The translations under genes and the position numbers were made by a program. Below, one piece after another: positions 1 through 10,900 of a stretch of DNA of 20,000 nucleotides. Below the pieces are notes generated by a model, which saw only the letters and a program-made list of their open reading frames with translations, was not told where the DNA came from and did not search any database. The stretch is from positions 3,651,292 to 3,671,291 of the forward strand of contig NW_003526941.1 in assembly GCF_000181795.1 (NCBI RefSeq), read 5' to 3'. The stretch is from Trichinella spiralis. Taxonomy: Eukaryota. How positions within the stretch are numbered: the first letter of the stretch is position 1; every line of letters starts with the position of its first letter.

Positions 1-869
1 ATTTCAAAAGATTTAAGTTAAAAATGAAATCATTAGCAGCTGAAAAATATTTGTAAATCAAAAAATTTATTTAATTACTAACAATTTCAGTTAAAACAAA
101 CCATCGTAAAGCATTCTGAACGGAATTTAGTCTTATGTCATTATTGGCAATAATTTTTCATCATTTTTATGTAATTTATGTTTAATAGCGCTTTAAATTA
201 TTCATAATCTACTAATTATATATATGTGTTTGTAAATGGAATGTCTAACAATTTATATTTAAACTTGCATGTCAATAAAAATACAGTTATATTCCAGAAT
301 TCTGTTGAAGTTGTTGTCGTTGCATGCATTTTTTAAAAACTGAATTATATGTCTTTGGTTGTGAGATATACGCAAACATTTATGTTGTTTGAATGATATT
401 TTTGTGTATAAGATTTTTTCATTTTATAATTATTCTATGGTGTTTGTATATATTTGTTGTATTTTCTAAGTATTCATTCGATATATTTCCATGTATTTGT
501 ATTTCTGCGTTCAGTTATTTTTTGTATTATTGAAATTAAATTCAGAAAACGCTACACTTTAAAATTAATGTGCTATTCACATTTTACTGTTTTTTACATT
601 TTATTTTTTTACTTAAAAAAAGTTTGATGCATGTCACTGTTGAAGCAATGTTTATTGCATTACTTAATGAAAATGTTTTTTTACTATGCTTTAGAATTTT
701 TGAAACAACAGGAAATGATAGACTTTTTTAATTGAATTTCAAAAATTAAAATTTTATAATTTGATTTTAAATAAACCATTGTTTTCGTTGTATTTATTAA
801 AGTTAAACTGTTTTAGCTTTGGTTTGAATTGTATTTTGGGGATTTTGTGAAACAGTAGTTATCTTAACC

Positions 870-3683
870 ATGGAAATGTTAGGTATGTTTCGCATAACAT
901 TTTAAATTAGTGTTATCTTTTTCCTTTTTAGATGACATTGACCTGAATTGGACACTTGAATCAGACAGCTCTAATTTTAGACTTTTATCATTTGCAGAGT
1001 TTGCCAAAGACTCTACTTCCTCCACTCCTCAAGATTCTTTTAACGTATGTTGATTTATGTGATATAATTTTTGAAAGAAGTATTTTGTGATATTTTAGTT
1101 TAATACAGTCAATAGTTTCTTCACCGACAGTGATGACAGCGGAGTGAATTTTGGTGACAATGATCAATCACCATTTTCGTTACCTCATGAAAGTAAAAAA
1201 TTTTGTTTTTTTTTGGTATTTTAAAATGTGAAATTTTCTTTCTTATTTTTTCTTCAGTTCGAGGATTACGTACCCCTGAACCAGCCTGCGATTCAAATAA
1301 TGTTTTGTCGTTTGAAAGTAACTCCAATCAGCACAGGCATTCAACAACTGACTTGTTCGCAGAGAATTTGAATGGACATGCAGCAGAACCTTCCTTACAA
1401 AGTGCTGGAAATGTTTATACTCCTACAAATTCTGTAATTGTTCTTGCTACTGCCTATCCGCCAAGTAAACGACGAGCACTGTATTTTGAATATTATTGCA
1501 AAGTAATGATTTTATTTATTTACCCAGGTAATAATCAAACAAAACGCTATCTTCCTCTTAAACCAAAGTCCGAATCGCCCAGTGTTTTGCCAGTTGATTC
1601 ATCATCGGTAAATTGTTGAAACTGTCTTTTTGCATTATAGCATCCATGTCCGTTATAGAGCATGAGCAAAGTTGAACAAAACAAGATGAGAAATCGAGAA
1701 AGTTCTCGACAATTTCGATTAAGACGAAAGGATGTAAGATATTTAAATTTAATTTTCACGTATTTAATGGAATTGAAACAACTTGCTTTTCAGTATGTAA
1801 CATCATTGGAAGCAAAGATTTCAAAGTTGGAAAATGAGAACTTGCTTCTAAAAAGAGAAAACGATGCTTTAAAAAGTACAGTTTCCAACCTACTGTTTGA
1901 GGTAAATTCGACATTTTGAAACAGCTTATTATATATTGAATTTTCAAAATTTAGAGTGTAAACCAAACCTTACTTTAAATTTTATAATAATTTCATTTTT
2001 AATTTGTCGAGATTTTTGCATAATGTATAATTTCAATTAGACGAAATATTATCAGTAATGAAATAGTTATACAAGCTGTACATAGGAGTATTATAACCAA
2101 AATTATTTATTTGTACTGTTTTCATGTAATAGTAATAGGAGCTGTTTTTTGCTTTGCTTGCAAAAGTGCTTGAATTTTGTTTGTTTTTTATTGTTAATGT
2201 TCGACAAACATTTGTACATTGCTGTTTAATATAATTTTAGATGGAAAATCTGAAATTAGAACTTGCATCAAGATTGGAATCCACGTCTACGGTTACAATA
2301 AATGAATCACCTAAGCGACGCAAAGATGCAGTTTTCGTTGCTGTTTTGCTTTTGATGTTCACATTCAATTTATCTCCGGCATATTTTTCGTAGGTTTAAC
2401 TTTGTTTTTAAAAGTTAAAATATAAAATTATTCGAATGAATGTCACACAATATACACTATAACCAATATGTAATATAATCAATAGAACAATATTATTATT
2501 TGATACTTTCGCATGAAATGTCAAACATCTATTAAATAAGTATAGTGTCAAATTTATATTTTATATTTCCATTCGTATTACTTATTTTAAGATATTTATT
2601 AACGGAAACTGAAGTTTTTCTTATATTTCCTATTATTCGTTTGTAGAAGTTTTACTGGTAAAAATACAGGTGCGTTTGACGAACAGTTGCAACTTCATTT
2701 AATCAGCAGCAGACTGTCAGATGCTAATTTAAAGAAAAGATCCCATGGGAACTTTCCTGATCGTGTAAATCGAACGAAAAGGGAAATATTGAACCAAGGA
2801 GAAGAGACTGCATCAAGTTATCCTTGTAAATCGGACAGTTACCTTAACAAAACAGAAACATTCAGGTATTTTGTATTATATTATTTTATGATGCTGTACG
2901 CATACAAATGATTATTTGTTTGATGATGATTTCAGACTTACAATGGAATTGAATAGATGGGCTAACCGTCATCAGTACAACAAAAAAAGTGACAAAAAAC
3001 AAAGTGCAAAGTCGCGCGTGCAGCGTGCAAAGTCGCGTGTGAAAAACCGCTCAACAGATGCTATATTTGCTTTTCAACATGACAAAAAGTCGTTGAAACT
3101 GAAAAAGATGTTCAGGTACAATGCACGCGACGTGAATTATCCATATTTTAATTTAAATTTTTAATTAAATTCTTTCGCTTTTTTAAAATTCTTTTAGTAA
3201 TGGGAAAATGAATTGGAATTATTTGAAAGCTGTCGACTGGAGTCACGTGTTGAGCGCTTTGAATCGTCGGAACGATACATTTTACGTAGTTTCATTATTT
3301 AAGGTGAATAATTTTTTGGTTTTTGAAAAAAAAACTTTATTCATTTGTTATCGTAAATTAAAGTACTGCTTTGTAGGATTATTTTGTTGTTCCAGCAGCT
3401 TCTTACAATCGGACGACTCGTCCGCGGATATCATTACTTGCTCCTTTCATGCCATTTGATGGTATGTACAGTTTTTAATGCGAAAAGTTTTAATAAATTG
3501 CTTTTTCATATTTCAGATTCTGTTCCAGTGTCTTTTGAAAACATTGCCATGCTGCAAATAGAGTGCGAAGTGATGAATACGCAGTTGTTGAATTTGCGAG
3601 ATTTATTTTCTAAATCAGCTCTACCAACTCAGCTTTATTCACAAGCCAAGAACAATAACTCTCTGGCGCCACCGTCCGGTTGA
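870..3683 (+). CDS. atf-6: ATF6-like membrane-tethered bZIP transcription factor (UPR sensor), ~531 aa. Exons: 870-882, 932-1044, 1099-1192, 1258-1464, 1528-1607, 1659-1733, 1794-1901, 2241-2389, 2647-2865, 2936-3115, 3198-3303, 3377-3461, 3517-3683
   Basis: GT-AG joins keep one open frame (1596 nt). bZIP: NRESSRQFRLRRKD/YVTSLEAKISKLENENLLLKRENDAL. TM segment SPKRRKDAVFVAVLLLMFTFNLSP has the S2P-type NxxP motif. Candidate S1P RxxL site (REIL). ATF6 luminal signatures: C..YLNKTETFRLTMELNRW, RRNDTFYVVS, RPRISL, MLQIECEVMNT. The 5' exons are less certain than the 3' ones. Confidence 0.93.
3004..3040 (+). repeat. 21-nt-period coding tandem duplication (AKSRVQR-AKSRVK)
   Basis: gtgcaaagtcgcgcgtg cagc gtgcaaagtcgcgtgtg in ATF6 exon 10. 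Confidence 0.8.
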
Positions 3684-3969
3684 AATATTATTTTATAGAA
3701 ATGGGTTTTTTGTGTTGTCGTTGGATGCTTTGTTTTTTAGAAATCTATTGTTTTGTGATGAGATGTTGTTTGTTTCTTCTTATTTTTTAGGCGTGTGATC
3801 GATCTCTGAGATCATTTTTTTAAAAATATCCATCTGTTGATGTGTTGTGCGATTAAATGAAAAATTGTTTTGTATTACATTTTTTTGGAGAAAAAGGCAT
3901 TACCTTATTTATATTTGGTGCATTTATTATGTGTAGTACGTTTAAATTATTCATTTGTAGATTTGCTTA
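3684..3969 (+). promoter_or_regulatory. Short intergenic/intercistronic region with a splice-acceptor-like site (tttgtag, 3954-3960) just upstream of the TBC1D13 ATG
   Basis: 286 nt between the ATF6 stop and the TBC1D13 start. T-rich. ATTAAA at ~3852, TACCTT at 3901-3906, and the acceptor ends 9 nt before the ATG. Confidence 0.45.
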
Positions 3970-6223
3970 ATGGTGAACAACCGAAGGAGGTGAATATTAT
4001 TCTTACATTATTGTTGAAATAATTGTACTTTGTTTAAAGGATTGAATGCTTTCGGCAAATTCTCGATCAAGATAGGATTGATTTGAAATTATTGAGAGAG
4101 GCATGCTTTTGTGGTATGTAAATTTTATATTTAAAAAATATTTTTAGAACATCTCTCAGAGCGCGTTTGTTATAGGGATTCCCGATGAATCCGAACTTAG
4201 ACCGATTTGTTGGCGTCTGTTGTTGAACTATTTGCCCATTGAAAAGGTGAAATGGCCAGAATATCTGAAAAATCAGAGGTAATTGCTTTTATTATAATAT
4301 ATACTTAAATTTGAACCATTTTTTCATATTAGAAATATTATTGATTTGTAATGTATATATATAATGTGATTTTTAAATAATTTTAATGCTGTTATGTAAT
4401 GTAAAGTGTACATGTTTTTAATCTTGAAATTATGTTTATAAATTAGAATTATTATGCTGAATAAATATTCATATTAATAAATAAAAATTTTAATTTAAAT
4501 ACTTTTTGTCAGTTAATATTAATTCCAGTAGTTCAGATAGGCTACTAATAGTAGTGAAATCATTAACCTTTCTGATGTTCAGGTTCTTATTGTTAAATTT
4601 GTATTTTTATATTTTTCTTGTGGAATGAAATGTTAAATATATATTTTTTTAAGTCTTATTCATGAGGTTTTAGGAAATTGTATGCAGATCTAGTGGAAGA
4701 CATTGTCATTAAGTGGAATTCAATTTTAGACACGGACGAGCATTCTTGTGATCATGTAAGAAATTTTTGTTTCTGGTAAAAAATACTTTTTATTTTTTTA
4801 ATTAAAAAAGTGCTTTTAGCCATTGAGCGCTGAACCGAACAGCGTGTGGAGTCAGTATTTTCGAGATAATGAAGTACTTGTACAAATTAACAAAGATGTT
4901 AGGTAATGTTGTTGTTGTCACTGGATAGTTGAATTTTATTTTTTTTGTTTAAATGATTTTAGACGTTTATGTCCAGAGATGTCTTTTTTTCAAAAAATCA
5001 CTCAGTATCCGTGTCAGGCAATTGTGAAAAATGGAGCATTGGCGTTAAGCCAGCGGGTTTTGACGAGCACTTTGCGTGCTGAACATCTGCGCAATCATCG
5101 CTCTGGCGCCAATAACGTAAGGTTTTTTTAATTATTATTTTGGTTTAATAATATTGTATGTTAATTAATTAATCAATTAATTAATTTTTGTTTAGTTGGT
5201 AGAAGATTGTTCCAAAAGGGGGAATGATGATTATTTTACGATTGATAAAGGGAAAGAAACACATTGGCAAGTGGTCGAGCGTATTCTTTTTATATATTCC
5301 AAGCTGAATCCAGGGGTGAAATACGTACAAGGCATGAATGAAATTGTTGGACCAATTTATTTTGTTTTTGCTTCTGATTCGCAGTGGCAAGGTAACTGTT
5401 ATTGCTTTAATTACTTACAAAAAGCTTATAAATTGAATGTTGTATTAATGATTGCTTTTAATTTTCAAGAACACGCCGAAGCGGATACGTTTTTTTGTTT
5501 TCAGAATTTAATGTCAGAAATTAAAGACAATTTTATAAAAACATTGGATTCCTCCAATGTTGGAATTGGTTGGTATATTTATTATTAGTTATAAAAAGCA
5601 ACGAGAAAACCAATTTTGAATTTTGAAGATCACCAAATGCGAGCTTTGTACAGTTTGCTGCAACGGGTAGATCCAGTGCTACACCAAGCTATGACAGAAG
5701 TACAACAACTGTGCCCGCAGTATTTTGCTTTTCGTTGGCTTTCATTGTTACTTTCTCAAGAATTTTTATTGCCTGGTAAATGGACTAATTTTAATAATTT
5801 GAAATCTAGGTATTTATTTTCTCATTTGCAGATGTAATTCGCCTTTGGGATACATTGTTTGCAGATTGTCGGCGTTTTGAATTTTTGCTCTACGTTTGCT
5901 TGGCAATGTTAATGTGAGTTTTACATTTTTTTTCTTTTTGAATAAGTTGATTTAAATAGTATAAGGAAAAAGGGGAAATATTACTTTATTGTTGCATTGT
6001 TAGATTGGTACGCAATGACATTCTGACCAACGAGTTCAGCGTGAATGTTCGCATGCTGCAGGTATATATATTTTTTTATTGGAATTGTTTCTTTTTTTGA
6101 CTTTACAATTTCTAAACTTTATCATTTACATTACAGAACTATCCGCCTATTGACATTGTAAGCGTCATAAAGTTAGCATCTGAAATTCGTGCTGGTAACT
6201 GGACATCTTATACATCTTCATAG
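3970..6223 (+). CDS. TBC1D13: TBC-domain Rab GTPase-activating protein, TBC1D13 family, ~394 aa. Exons: 3970-3989, 4040-4113, 4176-4278, 4674-4755, 4820-4902, 4963-5116, 5196-5391, 5470-5568, 5629-5775, 5832-5913, 6004-6061, 6137-6223
   Basis: Spliced frame is open (1185 nt). Motifs: GIPDESELRPICWRLLLNYLP; DHPLSAEPNSVWSQYFRDNEVLVQINKDVRRLCP (IxxDxxR arginine finger); YVQGMNEIVGPIYFVF (YxQ glutamine finger); EADTFFCF; FAFRWLSLLLSQEF; VIRLWD; LQNYP. All match TBC1D13 as I recall it. Confidence 0.94.
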
Positions 6224-7639
6224 TATGGAAAATGTTTTTATGTTTTTTTATTTTATACTTGTTTTTATTCTTATTTCTATTTTGATATTGTTGATTAATT
6301 GTTTTCATTTGTTCACAGTTAATTAATGCCTATGTAATTTTTTTCTGTTACAAGTTTGAAAAACTATAAATAATAATGATAATTTGAAATTTTTATTTTT
6401 AAAATTGCTCGAAAATATGATAAAAAGGGATATCTTTTTTTTATTTTTTGTAATGTTTTTTTTAATTTCACTTCATTTACCGCTGTTTAAAATGAAAATT
6501 TGAATAAGTTTTAAGAAAATAATTTTTGTAAAATTGTTTCTGAATCGAGGATTGATGCACAGATTGATCATCGGCTTTTCTTCACGAAGCTCATTCAAGC
6601 AACGCTGGAGTTGAATTGGCCGCTAATTTCGCTTTGTCGAACTGATTAGTGATGGAAGATCGTCATCCATGTGTACAAGGAAAATTGAATTTGCCACTAC
6701 CCGAATCCAAGGCTACGAAAAGCGACGTATACGTCAGTCACATTGGCTGACTTGGTGGTAAAAAAATTTCTCATTGGATCAGATCAAATGCACAACTTTT
6801 TTTCATTGTCTAAATAAATGATAGATGTGAAAATGACAAAAATTATAGTATAATTTTTTCAACACAAAAATTATTCTAATCAACAATTGATGTTTGTATT
6901 TGCTTGCAAAATGTTAATTTCTTTATAATGTTAAACATGTTGTAAGATAAACGTAATTGCAAATTAATCACAATGATCTGTATTTATTTATATTTGTTCT
7001 GCTTTTAAAGCACTGCATATTTGTATTTTTAGCAAATGATAATTTTTTGTTTTTCGTAAGCTGTTTTGAATTTTCAGATAATTTTATCGCACAATTACTT
7101 ATTGCATTTAGTGTAGTATTTATTTTTTGGGCAGATTACTTTTTGAGATTTGGATAAAGAGAAGAGAACTTTAAATTCTATTGCAATAATTACAACAACT
7201 CTCGCATCATTGACAAAAATATTACAATAATGTCATTGTTGTTGTTTATGTTCATTTTGATAGTATTCATTTTTAGCGTTATTTTTAAAAAAACGTTATG
7301 AAAATGTGTTGCACGTAATTAATTATTAGCAATTTGTGCTGCTCTCTTTTTCATAGCATTTTATTTTGTATCGTTTGGAAAAACTGTTAACGTGAGTTAA
7401 CTTTTCATGACTGTGTGTTATAATTGTAAATTGTTTCAAATTACTTTTAGATTTTAATCATTTTTTACGTGAATTTAGTATTTGCCAATTTGAAAAAATT
7501 GAATTCATTACATAACATTTTACTAATGATATAAAAATACAACAGATGCATGTTTCTTTGTATTTTTTTAAATCAAAGTGTAAAAGTTAAATGAAGATTT
7601 ATGCATAGATATATTATCATTTCAAAGAAATATTTTGGT

Positions 7640-7810
7640 CTTTTAACAATCAGTCAATCAGTGCAAAACCAATGCGACGATTTGTTTCCTCATTGGCTCC
7701 TTTTCTTCTTATGGATTTTTCATAATCATACTGTAAAATCATGAGCTGCTCCATTACACGCGTTGACAGCCCACCACCAGATTAGCTGCTTATTCGGCGG
7801 CGATTCCCTT
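7640..7810 (+). promoter_or_regulatory. Candidate proximal promoter/5' leader of the LIM-homeobox gene
   Basis: GC-raised patch ~100-260 nt upstream of the ATG. CCAAT at 7669-7673, ATTGG at 7692-7696, and TCAATCA/TGACAG motifs. Confidence 0.35.
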
Positions 7811-7904
7811 GATTTCTTTGTATGACATTTGTCAGAAAAATACATTCACACATTAGTAGTGCTATATTTAGCCGCAAAAAGAACAACACCACATTGGACA
7901 CAAG

Positions 7905-10900
7905 ATGATGAAAGTAAATTTACTGCTTTGTGGAGAATAACTGCTCAATTAATTAGTGTTATTATTACAGCTAACGGAGGAAATCTGCTCCGGATGTGGA
8001 AATCTCATATACGACCGGTATTTGTTGCAAGTGAATCAACAATTTTGGCATGTCAACTGCTTAAGGTGCAGTTCTTGCACTGCATTGCTTGATAAGCTTC
8101 CATCTTGTTATCTCAAAGAAGATAAAGTTTTTTGCAAGATGTGTTACCAGAGGTAAGTTTTTTCACTTTTTTTATTGTATAGTTTGAATTGAACAATATA
8201 AGCATTTTATTGTTAGTCAGTTTTGATTATGTATATAAGTAAATGAAGAAATAATAAATAAATACACATGCACAGATATTTATTTGAGTTTGTGTGTGTG
8301 TGCGCGTAAAAATGTTTTATGCATTTTCATAATTTTGTTGTATGAATTGTAATTGAAAGTTTAATTTCAATATATTTATTGAAATAAATTTCAAAAGAGC
8401 AGTTTTTTATGAGATGAACATTTGTAAAGTTTGGACAGTCATTGTAGTTATACTTTGAGGTAGTTTTGCAGTTATATAAATAAATTTATATATTAATCTT
8501 CCATGAAGAAAAATACCGAAACTTAAAGTGTATGAAATTACTGATAACGAGTAATGTTTTAATATATAAGTGAACAGTTTTAAAGTTTTATATACTAATA
8601 TAAAAAAAAAGAAATATTAATGTGAAGTTCATTATTATCTGTAATGGTTAAATTATATGTGTCATTAGATCTTCTTTGCTGAGAAATAGTTTTCACTTGG
8701 AAAAAGGCGTCAGCTTGTCGGTGACAGTGTCTGTTGTTGTCTTATCGTAATTGAGCAAATCAACAAGCTTGTTGACCTGTTGTATATATTTAGTCTGATA
8801 GGTTAGAAATGGTAAGCTTTGGATTTGAGTGCATCGTGCATCCTGGTAGCTCATTTGAAATTGCCGTCTGTTAGTAGACAGCGTTTTCATCAAGATTATT
8901 GTTTATTGTTTGTATTCTTACTGAGAGCCAAAGGCGACTGTTTCTGTCGACAGGCTTGTTCTATTTTGACCTCTTCAATATTGCTGTCAATCTGTTAGCA
9001 GGTGCCTTTTCAAAACGTTCAAAGTTTGTTTGTTTACAAAATGTTATTCTCCTTTAAATTTTGAAATTATTTAAGAAATTAAAGAAAATAGCCAACAAGC
9101 AGCTATGTTAGCAAGAAATTTTTGCTCATATTTTATTATAATTATTATTTTGAAAGAATTTTAATTTTTTGATTTTAATGTTTTTTCATTTAATGTTTAT
9201 CACTGTTGTATTGCAGTTAAGTTATGATTGAAATTAATTTTGACTGGTTTGCGGTTGAAAAATTGAAAATGAGCATTAAATTTTATTTTCTTGTCTTTTG
9301 GGAATGTTTTCTTAATAATGGGTAAGAAAATCAATGTCGTTTGGGTGCACTTCAAATTCACGAATGAAACAGCTTCTTGATCATCTTACTGTAGTAAAGG
9401 CAATGGTAGTTGGAGACGGAAGTCGTTGACCGAGGGCCAAAAATCACATCAGTGCTGAAAATCAATTCATAGCCGAGTATAGATCAAGCTGTGGTTTAAA
9501 TGAGGTTTAGTTCCACCCACTGATTTGTGCTTTGCAGATTCACCACTGAAGAGTTGACCAATAATTTTATAGGATTAACAGGCCTTTGATGTGACGAGTT
9601 GTTGGTGAAGTTAGACGCGCATAGATGCCCTTCTGATTATAACCTTTGCAGAAAATTTCATTTTCACTGTTTGGTCAAATTTTCTGAGTGAAAGCGGAAA
9701 TGCTCGTTTATTGCCAAAAGTCAATTCTAATTCAATGATCTCCAGCAAATGCGTAACATTAATTTGCATACAAGCACAAATGAGCATAAATGTAATAAAT
9801 GCATTTCAATCGAGTTCGAAGCCTAGAAAATATACAAAATTTTTGTTTTTATCACGATTAAAAATTGGCATTGCTTACTTTTGTACTATACTGATTTTAT
9901 TTAGCATTATTATGTAACTACAAATTGTTGCATTATGATTAATGTTTCATTTCTATGTTTCTCTTTTTGTATTATTTTAGTATTTGAAAGCAAGCGAATT
10001 AAAACCGTAAAATAGATATTGTGCATACTGTAATATTTTTAAAATGTTTTATAACTTTTCTTGAAAATCAGCGAGATTTATTATCATCCAGTGAACTACT
10101 GTGCTATATTAACTTATTGAAAGTTTCTTTTCAGAATAAACAGTAGTACATTGGTTACGGTATTTTGAAATATATGATTGAAACAGTGAAATGATTAAAA
10201 TTGTAAATGCAGAAAATGTATTATTAAAATGAAAATTTGATTGATATGCTGTATGGCAGATTTTTTCTCCATAATCCGTTAATCGAACATCATCACAGCT
10301 TAACAATCCAAAGTATCGCTCGTCAGCACCGCGCTTTGAGTGAAGCATTTTAGTTAAGCTGGTGTGTTATTGTCTGGGCCTAATATATTGTAAGATTTGA
10401 TTAGTATCCCGGCGACTGTCCAAGGGAGTCATCCGCATGTTCAATGTCCGGCTGTGACGATTAGTTGCCTTTTGCGCTTGACCTTTTCTCTAGGTTCAAG
10501 CCGAAACGTTTGTTCAAGCGTTAATTGAATCATCTCCTATGAATGTTAGCTATTCACACTGACCATCCGGTGATACTTACACACCCGGTTTCAATCTTTA
10601 CTTTCAATGCACCATAATGTCAAGTGCATTGAATTTTTCTTTATAATTGTGAGTGTTTCATAGGTTTATAATTTTTTAAATAAATTTTCATTTTTACAAA
10701 AAGATGGAGCAACATTATGCATTCATTACAAAGACATTTAAAGTGTATTTTATTTCAAGCATATAAACAAATAATACATATATATATATTACGATATATT
10801 GAAAGAATATTTGAGGAGAATTGAATGATTGTATTGAAAGTGATGAATTTTAGGTTTTGTTTTTGAAGAATTTAAGTTGGTAATTTTTGAAACAGTCTAA

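Noticed and set aside
1121..1947. Minus-strand ORFs 1121-1327, 1547-1759 and 1756-1947 (also 5181-5390, 11843-12127, 15607-15921)
   Set aside because: They are antisense shadows of real plus-strand exons and show no recognisable motifs.
6724..6746. Possible ERSE (CCAAT-N9-CCACG) near the ATF6 gene
   Set aside because: The minus strand reads CCAAT-GTGACTGAC-GTATA, so there is no CCACG at the required spacing.
6957..7157. Hydrophobic short ORFs in AT-rich spacers (6957-7157, 9711-9917, 13316-13519)
   Set aside because: They have TTG starts and F/I/L bias explained by T-rich composition, with no splice or homology support.
8760..8775. Perfect 16-bp palindrome TCAACAAGCTTGTTGA
   Set aside because: About one palindrome of this length is expected by chance in 20 kb of AT-rich DNA.
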